Assembly: GCA_951406725.2 (NCBI GenBank)
Contig: OX597822.1
Span: forward strand, 63,054,001-63,118,000
From: Octopus vulgaris
Taxonomy: Eukaryota
Direction of reading: 5' to 3'
Length of the DNA: 64,000 nucleotides
Below are positions 1 through 14,070 of the stretch, piece after piece. Position 1 is the stretch's first letter; every line of letters begins with the position of its first letter. The notes beneath the pieces are model-generated. The model was given only the letters and a program-made list of their open reading frames with translations, was not told the origin of the DNA and did no database searches. Both the position numbers and the translations under genes were made by a program.

Positions 1-62
1 AGAACATTAAAGGTTATACTAAAACAAAGCAAGATAATTGGGCCGGCGGTACCGTAACTTTT

Positions 63-2065
63 CATTTTTATTTATGCGGGATCTTTTCCTTTTGAAAGCC
101 AGATTTTCCTAGTTAACTAAACAATTTGAAACTTCGTATACTGGTAGAATGTGTCAAAAGAAAACATAATTGTAAACCAAAATGAAAACGGAATTGTAAT
201 TTCTAAGTTAAACGTTGTTTAAAAATTCGAATTTTAACCAATGATATTCTTTCTTTCGGCTTCATATTATTTACTACTTCTCAAAATATTGTTACTGTGA
301 CGTAAACAGCTATTTTGTGACGTAGTTAACATGTAAACATCACCGTCCCATATAACAAAGTCCTAAACAGACAGAATAATAATAAAAATACGGCGGGCTT
401 TCGAAATAGCTGTCGAGAATAAAATGAAATTTCGATGGTAAATTTTTGGAGGGGTTTCGGTAATTTTCGTCACTCTAAAATACATGTAATTCGCATTAAA
501 TCTTATTTTTCTGAAAAATCCACGTTTTAAAACATTTTAACTGCCACCCCCTTCTTTAATAATATTTCTTTCCCCAGTAAGTACAAGGCCTGAAGCTGAT
601 GGGAAGAACTAGTCGATTGTATTCAACTGGTACTTATTCTATAAGCGCCGCCCGAAAGAAGGAAAGCTCAGCAATATTCGAACACGGAACGTAAAGATTC
701 GTAAGAAATGACGCTAGGCATTTTATCCGATGCACTACCGATTCTGCCAGCTTTACATTATATTTTTCGTCGAAGTTTAACTATGTCACCTTGATGATAT
801 ATTTTTACGCGTGGACAAATAATAGAGAGATAATGTGGATCAGATGATATTACATGCTGACAAGGGCTTGGTAAAGGACTGTTAGAACGTTTAGGGATAC
901 GGTCCTATACGTTCGGGTTTCAACCCTCACCGGAATTCAAAACAAGCCGTCTGTTCTTCCACGGTCGAGAAAATACATCGATAAAGTATTGGAGCTCGAT
1001 ATAAATGATTATACCCTCCACTCACCCCAAAATATATGCTTTGTGTCTATAATCAATATTACAAATATATTGTTATTGCTATTTAACTCAGGTCATCCTG
1101 ATAAACCCGGTTGAGGATCAAAGGGTTCCAACTATGACCAACCCGTATTTTTGCTCCTCCCGCTTTTTTTTCAGATATAGCATCTATGATTATATTAGCC
1201 AATGTACCCTTCCTTTAACCCAGTAGTATATGGTTTTAAGGGGATTTGGGTGTTATTCCTAGCACATCGACGGGTGAAAACGCAGAGGGGCCCTGATTAT
1301 GTGCGAGTATGCGTATGGATGGGAACGTGTGTGTATGTGGGTGCATACAAGCCAAATAACCGGTTCAAGGCGTGAGTCAAACTGAAGAATCAAAGCGTGT
1401 GCACAAGTTTATAGTAAATATATACATTGTATAGAGAAAACACCCGAAGCCTATACAAAAACACTGAATATGTGTTTATTATTCATCCAAAGTAAACAGT
1501 ACGTGTGTGCTGTTTACGTCACAGTAACAATATGTTTAGACGGAGCAAATAATTTCAACTGAATACAGAGAATACGATTGGTTAAAATTCGCAGATTTAA
1601 ACTACGTATAAACTTATAAAATACATTTTTGTCAAAAAAACTAATTGAAATTATTGTTTTCTTTTGACACATTCTACCAGTATACGAAGTTTCAAATTAT
1701 TTAGTTAACTAGAAAAATCTGAAAAATCTGGCTTTCAAAAAGAAAAGATCCTTTATGCGCCCTTTTCAAGCCTAGCCAGGCTCAGGGGCCCGGTTTCCCG
1801 GTTTCTATGGCGTATATATATACTCTCTTTAACCCCCCCCCCGCAGCTGGACGGGACGCCAGTCCATCGCAGCATTACTCAAGAAATAGGAAGAAAGAGT
1901 GAGAGAAAGAGTACAACAGGGGTCACCACCACCCCCTGCCGGAGCCCCGTGGAACTTTAGGTGTTTTCGCTCAATAAATAAACACAACGCCCGGTCTGGG
2001 AATCGAAACCAGGATCCTCCGACCGCGAGTCCGCTGCCCTAACCACTGGGCCATTGCGCCTCCAC
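63..2065 (-). mobile_element. tRNA-headed SINE (head near 2065) interrupted near its tail by a MITE
   Basis: Minus strand reads tgtggaggcgcaatggcccagtggttagggcagcggactcgcgg...ggtttcgattccc (A/B-box-like). 12 bp direct repeat accgtaactttt at 51-62 and 2066-2077 is a likely TSD. Confidence 0.8.
78..1751. mobile_element. Non-autonomous DNA transposon/MITE with ~230 bp imperfect TIRs
   Basis: 78-310 (gggatcttttccttttgaaagccag...gtgacgtaaacagc) is the reverse complement of ~1509-1751. tttatgc at 71-77 and 1752-1758 is a likely TSD. Old SINE fragments lie inside. Confidence 0.8.
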
Positions 2066-2339
2066 ACCGTAACTTTTACTCATTTACAAATCCAATTGAA
2101 ATAACGATATAGACTTCTTACATAGATACAATGCCACACAGTTTCCCGAGAGAATATAATTGATTATGCCTATCTCGGAACTTGATCAAAACTTTATATT
2201 ATTGGTCACCACGAGGATGAAAACGTAAAGTTGACTCCAACAGCTATTGAACTCAGAATGTAAAGGAACGTGAATATCTATATTTCAATATATTTTCTTC
2301 TCATCGATATCGAATCTATTTTCTTAACATTAATAACGA

Positions 2340-2780
<441 letters not shown>

Positions 2781-2980
2781 ATATTCCATGTATTTGTATT
2801 CGTATTTCGTATCCCTCGTTTTCGTTTTTTATGTTGTTTACGTTTCGTGACGTCCTGTGCCCACATATGCATATGTATATACGTATATATGTATGTAGAT
2901 ATACGTATGTATATATTCATATATATTATTTATATTATATATATATATACACAAATATATATATATATACATACAAATAT

Positions 2981-3027
<47 letters not shown>

Positions 3028-3086
3028 AATATAAAGGCGGTGCTCCAGCATGGCCACAGTCAAATGACTGAAACAAGTTAAAGAGA

Positions 3087-3127
<41 letters not shown>

Positions 3128-3149
3128 CATATATATATATGTGTGTGTG

Positions 3150-3200
<51 letters not shown>

Positions 3201-3205
<5 letters not shown>

Positions 3206-3651
3206 CAAAAATAAGCAACAAGAATGGAATCCGGTAATTTAGTACAATTGTTTCATACTATAACATTTTATTAAAGCTGTAAATATTACAGCAGATATGA
3301 TATGTCAAGTAATCTTCAGCTAATTTCATATATGTTTTCCAATAATATAAAGTTCTCAAATCAATTAGTAACATCCTAGAGAAGGTAAATATACCGATAA
3401 AGCTGTAGATATGAATTTCAGGAACATGAAGTAGGATGCCAAACAGACCAAAATTAAGTTCACACCTGTAATATTTACAGCTTTAATAAAATGTTATAGT
3501 ATGAAACAATTGTACTAAATTACCGGATACATTCTTGTTGCTTATTTTTTATTATAATCACCCCGCATATTTTTATGAGTAATACCATAAAAAAATTCTG
3601 GTGCATCTAAATTAAGTACTATATTCATTTGAATCTAAATTGTTTGCTGAA

Positions 3652-3653
<2 letters not shown>
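3201..3653. mobile_element. (TA)n-embedded inverted-repeat element, probable Penelope-like remnant
   Basis: Arms 3201-3291 and 3466-3555 are near-perfect reverse complements, followed by a ~98 bp unique tail, with (TA)n on both sides. Confidence 0.65.
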
Positions 3654-3711
<58 letters not shown>

Positions 3712-3951
3712 TGTATCCAGGCATGAAGATTGGGAGTATGTCGACCCGACTAAGTATTGAAACTAGATACTTCGTATCTAATCAATACCGACGTACTTTT
3801 ATGAAACACGTGTAGTCTTATAAACGGTAAATACGGGATTCAGAATAGATATAGTTTGTATAAGATTTAATATTTAACACTTTATGTAATGGTTAGGTAT
3901 AAAATCTTTCAATGTTGATTAAGTTGAAGGTGGTTCTGTCTCTAATATTAC

Positions 3952-3994
<43 letters not shown>

Positions 3995-4276
3995 AATATA
4001 TAAAAAAAAACAACGCTAATTATTTTAGTAGGAGATTGTACATACATTTTCACACTTTACAGTATACTCACATACACACATAATTCTATACATCGATCTA
4101 AAACAACAGGATTACTAAAGGAAGACCGGAATTTAAGAGAAGACTAAACCAAAAGGTCTCATGATATTTATAGAAGTATGTTATTTCAGATATTCTCATT
4201 TTAAAAATCATCTCCTGTTAATCGTTTAAAGGCCGTTGGTGTTGCGTTGGCGGAGGTTTGCGCTCTCTGAGTGCTC

Positions 4277-4335
<59 letters not shown>

Positions 4336-4608
4336 TGCATTAGTATCTTCTTTCAATTCTGTTTCAATTTCTTGCCAAGTGTCTTCCTAACACCTAGGGC
4401 AGAGAAACGTACTGTATACATTAGTATGCCATTAAAATAAATACACCAGATTGTTAATTAACAAAGTCATGTGATAGAGAAGAAGGGAAGACAGAGAGCG
4501 AGAAAGGAAAAATAAACGATATAAAAGTAAACAAATGACATAAAGGCGGGAAAAGAGGAAAGAAAATTCACAGCGACAATGCTCTTCTCCTTGCATTATT
4601 AATATTAT

Positions 4609-4810
4609 TATTACCGCCGCCTTAGCAAAGGCGGGGGTACTGTGTTCAGTCGTGTTTGTCTGTTCGTTTGTTTGTCCGTTGGACAAGATATCTCAAGAAC
4701 CGCTGGATGGATTCGGATGAAACTTTCGGGGACGTTTGGCCTCGTGACTGGCACGAACTGGTTAGATTTTGGGATCGATCCGGTACCGGTCAAGGATTCT
4801 GGATTATTTG
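4609..4810 (+). mobile_element. Helentron-associated (HINE/DINE-1-like) element, 5' part
   Basis: ttattaccgccgccttagcaaaggcggggg start, tgtc/gttt microsatellite, then atatctcaagaaccgctggatggattcggatgaaacttt, typical of HINE/DINE elements. A related piece lies at ~5270-5400. Confidence 0.6.
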
Positions 4811-5169
4811 GTATATTTACTTTACATGAAGTATTACGATCTTACGGACTTTCAAGTCTTTCTCTGGTTATCTCCCTTGAAAGCACGCTCATGGTTTCCA
4901 CGTAAGCTATGGCGGCTTTGCTGTTTTCAAAGTTTTATTTTCGTTTCTCTATTATTAACTTTACTCGCGTCTCTATCTTAGTAGAAACTGAGGGATAAAG
5001 AAATCAGACTACATAAATAAACGGCAGCGAAACCGTTCAGAAATTAAATAACACTAACATATTCAGTAAGAATAATAAATTTAATTTATCCTCGACAATT
5101 TTTAGTTTTACCAATTTACCGTATACCGCTCCTGTTTAAAACCTCTTACCTACTTGACAATTGCATTTC

Positions 5170-5235
<66 letters not shown>

Positions 5236-5855
5236 CATCATCATCATCATCATTATTACTATTACTATACTGTGCGCGTAAGCGAAAGCAGGATATAGTA
5301 ATCACTCGTCTTTGTCTGCCTGTGTGTTTGCAAAATTACTGGGAAACGGCTGAACGGATTTTCACATTTCGCAGAAATACTCATTGGGTAAGTGGCTCGA
5401 AATTGGGGGAGTGGTTTGATTATCTTTTAAAAAAAAAAAACAATTTTTTAAAAGTCGAACTTGCAAATTTTCCTATAAGCAAATGGTCATATTATTTTGT
5501 TCACTTTCTTTTTCGTATGAAATGACCCTCGTCTACGTATGTATAGATCATGGTGTACCTATGCGCGTAGACATGTGTGGATACATACGTATGCGATTGT
5601 GTGTGTGTGTGTCTGTGTGTGTGTGCAAAGTGATGGGTTCGAGGGTTTCGTTTATTTACGACTTCATTTCTTAACCTCACCGAAGTATAAAGACCTATGA
5701 TTGTGATACTTAAAAATGGTGAGACTTTAAAAAGAATTTATTTTTAATCGAAATTTCGTGATAAGCAAGTGGTCAGGTTATTTTGTTCATTTTCTTTTTC
5801 ATATGAATCAACCTTCGGCTGCATGCGCATAGACACGTGTGGATACATACATGCA

Positions 5856-7690
5856 TGATGATGACTGCTTCATCTTTGAAGATGATTGCTGTCTCCCCAT
5901 GTATCCCCATCAACCATCATCAGCTCCAAACTTCCGTCCATGACCCCTTAGGTGGCTTTTGAGTCCACCATTAGATTTGCTCGGTCTGCCGCAAATATGA
6001 CAGATAAAAGATGTGCCTTCTATTGGATTAATTAGGTCAGCTTGTGGGATGTCATCCTTATGTACTCTCATATGCATTTTAAGACCAGATATTGATTTGC
6101 AGATATTTTTGCGCACCACACACGTGGTCTCACCTAGCATGGAGCGATAGAGCTGGTTTTTTATGTGATTTTATATGAGTGATATACCCAAATTTAGAGA
6201 CCAGTAAACGATCACACACCTCACAAATCCACCTCACTATGTTCTTAATGATTTGCATACTGTAGCATTTTTCGAAGCTGGTGTTTAAGTTTTTCATGAT
6301 CAAGCCGTCTCTCTTCAAACATCCTGCAGCCTTCCTTCATATATCTTCTCCATTTACCCTTCTTTGAAGCAATCACTTCCCAGTTCTGATATTCAAGCTG
6401 AAAATCTATAAGGTTGTTTGTTATGCAATCTTTATATATTTTTCTTGGTTTGTGCTGAGGGCGTTTCCCAGTGTGCAATTTACTGTAAACTAGTTTGTTT
6501 TGAGAGTCTTACCACATTCATGCGCACAACAGGGCCTACCCATCGCATTTGAGAAGATATGATGGTAGATTCAATGATCCTGCAGTCATCATCTATAAGG
6601 ATTTGTGTGTCAGGTAATTTCTGTTGCCATTTGATGTTTAGGATTCTTCTTAAACACTTTTTGGTTAAAGTGTTCGATCAAATTAAGGCGCTTAAGATGT
6701 ACCGTCAACGTTTTTGAAGAGTACAACAGAGTACTTAGAATGCAGGTCTTGTACACACTAATCTTGGTCTTGATATTGATGCCATGATCTGCCCACACTC
6801 TCTTTTCGAGTTTTCCAAAGGTTACAGGAGCCTTCTGACGGCGCAGGTGTATTTCAGCATCCAGTGAACCATCCCTTGATAATGTACTCCCCAAGTAAGC
6901 AAAAGTGTCAACTACACCCAACCTAGTTCCAAGCACCATTATATTTGGCTTGATATATGCTTACCCTGATGATGGAGTGAACATTACCTTGGTATGTTCG
7001 TTCGATTGCACAGAAGTATGAAGGCTCGGGTTGTCTTGAATGGAAAATTGTCCAATGAAATCCCAGTTGATAATAGCCAAAGGCATTACAAGATGTTGCA
7101 AAGCAATCCATGATGCGTTGCATGTCATTCTGAGAATGAGCCAAGAAGTCAACATCGTCTGCATATAAGAGTTCTCTAATTAATATTTGGTCAAAAATCC
7201 TTCCTGTAGTTCTAATTTGCACAGTCATGGAATGCATGAGTCAGCATCACAGCTAAAAATATTGCAAACAGTGTGGGAACGAGGATAGTCCCTGTTTCAC
7301 GCTATTATCAACTGGGATTTCATTGGACAATTTTCCATTCAAAACAACCCGAGCCTTCATATTTCTGTGCAATCGAACGAACATATCAATAAACTTTGAC
7401 GGGCACCCTATTTTCCCTAATAATTTCCACAGTGCATCTCTGTTCACCGTATCAAAGGCCTTTGTCAGATCAACAAAGACCTGATACAGAGGAACTCGCT
7501 GCTCAATACATTTCTACTGAATCTGCCTTGCTGAGATCCTATCAATGGTCCCACTGCCTTATCTAAAGCCATTTTGTGATCAGCGACTACAGTAGGACAA
7601 ATGTCCTCCATCAACCTGTTCAACAATAATCTAGCAAGAACTTTGCCCATAGACTCCAACAAAGTGATGCCGCAGTCATTTCTTACAAGA
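5856..7690 (-). pseudogene. Degraded RTE-clade LINE, 3' part (reverse transcriptase plus C-terminal C2H2 fingers)
   Basis: Frameshifted ORFs contain DLTKAFDTVNR-like, VKQG, LLYADD and FAYLGSTLSRDGSLDAEI motifs, plus C-x2-C...H-x3-H motifs and a short (CAT)n tail. Confidence 0.9.
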
Positions 7691-7774
7691 TACTACTGAA
7701 TACGAAACAGTAATTAAAAATAGTAGCATCAGTATCAGTTAAAACAACGGTAGTAATTATAACAACAGCAACTA

Positions 7775-9000
7775 TTAGGTTGTTCCAAAAATAATGACCG
7801 CTCCAAGGGTTGTTTTGAAATGCAATTTTATCATAGTATTTTAATTATATTTTAGGTGAATTTCGACATACTTAATAATTTTCTACTTATTTCAGACAGA
7901 AAACATTCTTGAAGCATAGGCGCCCTTAATTATGAACATGACAAAAAAAGGATCTTCGCTTACTTTTCTTTCATGAGTTCAAGCCTCCTAAGCTGCTGAT
8001 AATATCAGCAGAGCATAGGGAGAGGGGTCCACAAGTGATCGCCCAGTAGGAAGGTGGTTTCAGAAATTCCATAGTGGTGATGAGAGCCTTGAAGATGAAG
8101 AAGGTAGAGGACAGTCATGCAAACTTGACAATGAATAATTGAAAGCAATTGTTGAACAAAACCCACGTCAAAGTGGTAGGGAAATGTCTCAGGCACTTGG
8201 TGTCGGTATTGCAACGGTCTCACGCAATCTGAAGAAGATTGGTAAGGTGAAAAATCTCGATAAATGGGTACCGCATGAGCTCAATGAAAATCAAAAGTTT
8301 GGCGTTTTGAAGTGTGCTCGATGATCTTTCTACGAAACACCAATGATCCTTTTCTTGACAGAATAGTCACTTGTGACGAAAAATGTACCCTTTATGATGA
8401 TCGTAAACGATCAGGTCAATGGCTTGATCGTGATGAGTCCCCCAAACATTTCCCAAAACCAAAGTTGCATCAACAAAAGATTATGGTGACTGTCTAGTAG
8501 TCTGCAGTTGGTGTTGCCCATTATAGCTTTCTGGAATCCAATCGGAGCATTACAGCAGAGGTTTACTGCAATCACTCGCTGAAATACATGCTCACTTGGT
8601 GAATTGGCTTGGCCCAATTCTGCTCCATGAAAATACGAAGCCACATGTTGCAAGAATGACGCTGCAGAAACTCACAGACTTGGGATACGAGACTTTACCA
8701 CATCCTCCATATTCTCCTGATCTTTCACCCACTGACTACCATTTTTCAAGCATTTAAACACGTTTTTAAGTGATAAAACTTTCAGGTCCAAACCAGAGGT
8801 GGAATCAGCTTTCAAAGATTTCTTAGCATCAGAGCCAATAGGTTTTTTTTGTTTTTTTTAATGAGGCATAAATAATCTCGTTGATCGATGTATAGATGTT
8901 CACAGCTCATACTTTGACTAATCAAAACATTTCTATTGTTAATTTTTCCAGAATAAAATTATGTTTCTGAAATCGGCCATTATTTTCGGGGACAACCTAA
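7775..9000 (+). mobile_element. Full-length degenerate mariner (Hsmar1/cecropia-like) element
   Basis: TIRs ttaggttgttccaaaaataatg and cattattttcggggacaacctaa with TA flanks. Transposase fragments WVPHEL, RIVTCDEK and HPPYSPDLSPTDY carry stops and frameshifts. Confidence 0.92.
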
Positions 9001-9947
9001 TACAATTTGTCACCTCACTGATATAGCAGAAAGCTTAGATTGTTAAAATAAACTCGGTGAACACAATTGAAACGGCATTAAATTATAACTTTATAACGAT
9101 TTGTACACACACACATACGTGTGTGTTTCAGTCTTTTCTCTTTTATTTATTTATCAATCTATCAAGCCGTCTATTTATCTATTTAGCTGAGCTGACAATT
9201 ATTCTGTGGAAGCTAACTTTCTATTTATTCATATATCTATTTATCAAGCTAGCTAGTTAGCTCTACGCCTACTTATTCATCTAGCTATCGATCTGTTCAA
9301 GATTCGACTATAAATACCAGCTCTTGATATTTTCATCAAACCTCTAACTACTTCGTCTGTTTACTTTTCATTTGTTCAGCTAGTATCAATGTTTGACAAT
9401 ATAACATTACAAGTACATTGCTTTCAACGCATTCCAGATGAATTTCGGTTGTTTTTCTTGCTGCAGTATCTTTCTTCTAAGGTATTTATTTTATTATTGA
9501 ACTTTCTCTTTGTACTTTTGTTCTTTATTCCATTCCCTCGTCAAGAAGGGAAGTATTTCTCCTGGCCAACAGATCGTTCATCAGCACCATCAGATTCTCG
9601 TATCAGATTTGCACAGCCGTAATGCACGGGTACCCTTCCAACTTACATGCATTTAATTTGGGTACTGTATTTTTACTAAGCTCTAACTTTCCCTTCCTAA
9701 CGTCTCCAACAGTTTCCATCTTTTCTCTAGGATCCATCTCCTACTCAGAACTTCCTGTTTCCACGTTAGTATTATTATCTGTAACTATGATCCTTGTTTT
9801 CTTTCTTCCTTAATGCTGCAACGCCAGCCTCGGGGCAGAATTTGATTCGTGCCAGTTTTCTTGCCTCATGTTTGGCTTTGAACGCCAGGCACATGCATAC
9901 AGAGTGTAAATGCATAATATAACTTTTATATATAATATATATCGTAT

Positions 9948-10333
9948 CTCTTTTACTTCTTTCAGTCATTGGACTACAGCCGTTCTGGGGCACCGCCTTG
10001 AAGGTTTTAGCAAAGCAGATCACTCCTAGTACTTATTTTTAAGCCTGGTACTTATCCTAGCGGTTCTTTCTGCCGGACCGCTAAGTTACGAAAACGTAAA
10101 CAAACACCAATTGTCAATCGGTGGAGGGGAAAAACATAAGCACAAAAGCACTTAAGCATAGACATATATATATATATTGTATATACTACGGGCTTCTTTC
10201 AGTTTCTGCCTACTTAGTCCACTCCAAAGGCTTGGGGCTACAACAGAAGACACTTGCCCCCATGTACCACGCAGTGGGACTGAACCTGCAACTATGTAGT
10301 TTAGAAGCAAGCTTCTTATCAAAAAGTCATACC
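9948..10333 (-). mobile_element. Diverged SINE family A copy
   Basis: Reverse-complement match to family A. Confidence 0.75.
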
Positions 10334-10340
10334 TACGATA

Positions 10341-10713
10341 TCTGTGTGAAAAGTCTGGCTGCATTCGAAAAACTATATATTATGAAACAAAAATAAACTC
10401 AAAATTTATTACACGAATCTGTTACCACCACAACAGTCAACTACATGACGCCGAACACGAGTTTGATGTTAAATACATCCACGAATTTTCCGCTCAGATA
10501 GCTCTTCCCAAGACTGCAAGTATTGCCAGTCTATCTCTCTCACTAATTTGTTCACCTCGCCTGCGAGCCATCTAAAGTTAATAATGATTCTGCTAATTCC
10601 ACGTGTAAACATGTGTTGAATAGAATTCACTGAATAAATCTTAATTAACTGTGTTGTCAATTGTATGCACCTAACATATGCTAACGTGTATGCAGCCAGA
10701 CTTTTCACACAGA
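10341..10713. mobile_element. Small MITE with perfect 24 bp TIRs
   Basis: tctgtgtgaaaagtctggctgcat (10341-10364) and atgcagccagacttttcacacaga (10690-10713). Confidence 0.75.
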
Positions 10714-11357
10714 GGATATATATATATGTGTGTGTGTGTATTAATAAGTATATATAATATTATATTATATTATATAAATTATTAAATCTGGGTGTTTTAT
10801 TATCATCCTGTACCTTTACTGTGCAACCAAGCGCAACCCAATATAATCAGATAAGAGACAATCTAGTTCGCTTTCCTGGCATTATTTAAAAATGTATAAA
10901 ATAAATGTACACTGCTTAATATCTCTATCCTGTATATAGTCTATTTTTTTATTTATTATTCCTAATGCACCTGTTTTTACAAAAATCGTTTCTATTTTCA
11001 CTAGTATTCTAGCTATGTATATTGACAAGGTGGTTATATTTAAATAGTTTTTTATCATTATATTTGATTAATTTCTTTATATCTAGTAATTTGTTTTGTT
11101 TTCATATTTAGATAGCTTTGTTATACGTCCATGCATGGCTGAATATGTAGGGCAATACCTAAATAAGTTTGCGCTATTTCATTTCGTCTCTCCCTCTTCA
11201 CGCTCTGATTTCAAATCCCGCTAAGTCGATTTTGTCTTATTCCATTTCGGAGTCAGTAAAATTACTAGTTAAATTCTTGAGTTCCATTTAAACTTATGTA
11301 GCACTCTTTAAAATTTCTAATCTTGAGTCTATACGAGAAGTTATTATTAATAGGCTA

Positions 11358-11470
11358 ATCTCTCTATATATAAACGGCAGTTTGTCTGTGCGTGTTTCTG
11401 TGTGTCTGTTTGCTTGTACCCTCACCCTGACCACGGCTTTCAACCGATTCTGATGAAACTTGACGAAAAA
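11358..11470 (+). mobile_element. Non-autonomous Helitron-type 5' end
   Basis: a|tctctctatatataaacggcag start with tgtc repeats. A related start lies on the minus strand near 24155. Confidence 0.55.
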
Positions 11471-11939
11471 AAATTTAGTGAGAGATAAAACTGCAAGAAA
11501 GTTGTCCAAAATGCGTAGCAGCAATTATAAATCAGACCCTGTGTTCGAATGCCACCGACGGTAATTTTATGAATGTTTAATTTGGGGCTTTTGTTCGTAA
11601 TTATTATACTAAATGATTTGTAGGGATGTTTCGCTATGCAGCAACCATAATATGCTACAAAGTATATTAAATGTTTTTATAAGTCTTAAAAATCTGTAGA
11701 GACAACTTGAATAAGTTATGATTATAAATGAAGATACCAGAGTCAACGGAGTGCCGAAGAAACTGCTTTGTGGCATTTATATGCATCCCGTTCATTTCAT
11801 AGATCAAATCTTAGAAGAGAGACTAGCCCTTATCTTCCGAGGTCAATAAATAAATACCAGACTATCAAATATTGGGTCGATTTGATAAATTATTATTTTC
11901 TTGTGGATATTGCTTCAAAATTTAACAGACCTTTGCTAA

Positions 11940-12132
11940 TCATTTCTACTAAAGTGACAAGCCTGAAATTTGTGAGCAGGGGCTTAGTCGATCAATTGGT
12001 ACTTACTTTATCGACTCCGGATGGATGAAAGGCAAAATCAACCTCGGCGGAATTTAAACTCAGAAGGTAAAGATGGACGAAATGCGCTAAGCATTTCGTC
12101 CGGCATGCTAACGACTCTGCTAACTCGCCGCA
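11940..12132 (-). mobile_element. SINE family B (Meta/MESC-like central domain)
   Basis: Reverse complement of ggcgagt..gcagagtcgttagcatgccggacgaaatgc...gccgaggttgattttgcctttcatcc. Same family as 35555-36144. Confidence 0.75.
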
Positions 12133-12559
12133 TTCACAGAGTTTCGCTAATGTTGTCACTTAGTAATTGGTCAGCTCTATTCGAACATACCTACCAGAAA
12201 CATTCAAGTCGTAACTCCATTGTCTTCTTTTTTTATTTCTTCTTCAGACACACCATGTCTAGATCAACATTAAAACTACGTTTTTCCAACTGTTTTTGAG
12301 ACGGTGTGGTATGATATAATGAAAATTAATCTATTTTTTACTTTGTTTTGTTTTTTCTACTAGTTCAAGAGATTCCGTAGAGTTTTCTTTGTTGGCTTAA
12401 ATGGATATTGGCAATTTGAATTATTTCTTTATTGCTTTGTTTAGTTTGGGTTAGTATTCTGTTCAATATTCGTATAATATTTAGAGATAGAGAAAACAAA
12501 TGTTCTTACTTAGCCTTTCTAAATTAATAATCTAGCTGCCACATAGGATTACGAGCCAT

Positions 12560-13500
12560 TTAGATTACTCATCTTCAGAAGTCTATAAAACATGGTTGCG
12601 TTCTTGCTCTTTCACGTTCTGACATCTTCCTTTCTCGTTATCGCGATTTAGTCAATGGATTACTTAGGTTAATGTAGTTGGCATTCATATTGAATTTCTG
12701 TAGATTGATGGATCAAGGATAAACTTGAGAAGAGAGTCGATTCTGACGGATCACAATTCTTGAAAGGAAAATAGAAACGAAAAATCAAATGCGCCAGATG
12801 AACTTGCGTGTGTGGTGCGTATCTATATCGTATCAACCAAGTGGAAGTCGCTGTAGAAGTAACAATAGAAGAGATTTGAAGCAATTCATACAGTGTGGCC
12901 ATCGGCTAGTGATTGCAACGTGTTGTTAGAATAAACCTCTTCTCTCATTACTTATCTTCTGGTCGTTAGAGGGTTGCATATTTCTTCTCATAATGAGTGA
13001 TGAGAAATTCTGTTGAAATTAACAAGAGATTTAACATGGTCTTGCCAGAGAGAATCCTTAACTATAGTGTATTAACCGCTTCTCCGAGAAAAATTTCTTG
13101 AGAATTATCAGCAGTTATAGTCGAACCATTGGCCCCATAACGGTTATCATCATGGGATTGTTCGTCAGCAGCATAATACCTCGTTACATTCATGTTTCTA
13201 CAGACGAACACAACCTTGAATCAGTATCTAAAATATCTAGAGTCTACAGCGTGTACGGATGATGTCTTAATGTAAAATTGACCAAACACTTTGACAATAC
13301 CGCAACATAGCAACCTAGTAAATTTTAGTGACCTTTGTGCCTCTCTGTCAACACTAAACTCCAAGAAACTCACATTTCTGCCCTTAGCCCTTTTCTGCAC
13401 AACGGTAACTCATGGACAGATGCACTTTCTAAATCTGTTCTAGTTCCGACAATTCAAGAAAATCCTAAGTATTTAATGATAAAATTCGGCAATAAAAATA
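12560..13500 (+). pseudogene. Highly degraded non-LTR RT remnant (L1/Tx1-like)
   Basis: Remnant motifs MDQ...RVD (~12709-12740) and TACTDDV (YADD-like, ~13246-13266). No intact frame. Confidence 0.35.
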
Positions 13501-13529
13501 AGAATTTCCTAGTCATCATTAACATACAC

Positions 13530-13702
13530 AGGCGTATAGACGTGTGGTAAGTAGCTTGCTTACGAACCAAATGGTTCCGGGTTCAGTCCCACTGCGTGGC
13601 ACCTTGGGCAAGTGTCTTCTACTATAGCCTCGGGCCGACCAAAGCCTTGTGAAGGGATTTGGTTGACGGAAACTGAAATTTCGTCGTATATATATATGTA
13701 TG

Positions 13703-13748
<46 letters not shown>

Positions 13749-13805
13749 TGTATGTATGTATGTATGTATGTATGTATGTGTGTGTGTGTGTGTGTGCGTG
13801 CGTGC

Positions 13806-13839
<34 letters not shown>

Positions 13840-14070
13840 ATGTATGTATGTATGTATGTATGTATGTATGTATGTATGTATGTATGTATGTATGTATGTG
13901 TATACGTTTGTGTGTCTGTGTTTACGTCCCCGTAACTTAGCGCTACGGCAAAAGCGACCGATAGAATAAGTACCAGGCTTACAAAGAATAAGTCCTGGGG
14001 GCGAATTGCTCGAGTAAAGGCGGTGCTCCAGCGTGGCCACAGTCAAATGACTGAAACAAGTAAAAGAGTA
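13530..14070 (+). mobile_element. Full-length SINE family A with expanded internal (TATG)n/(TG)n
   Basis: tRNA-like head (tggtaagtagc...gggttcagtccc), CORE-like gcaccttgggcaagtgtc, and aaaagagt tail. Confidence 0.9.
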
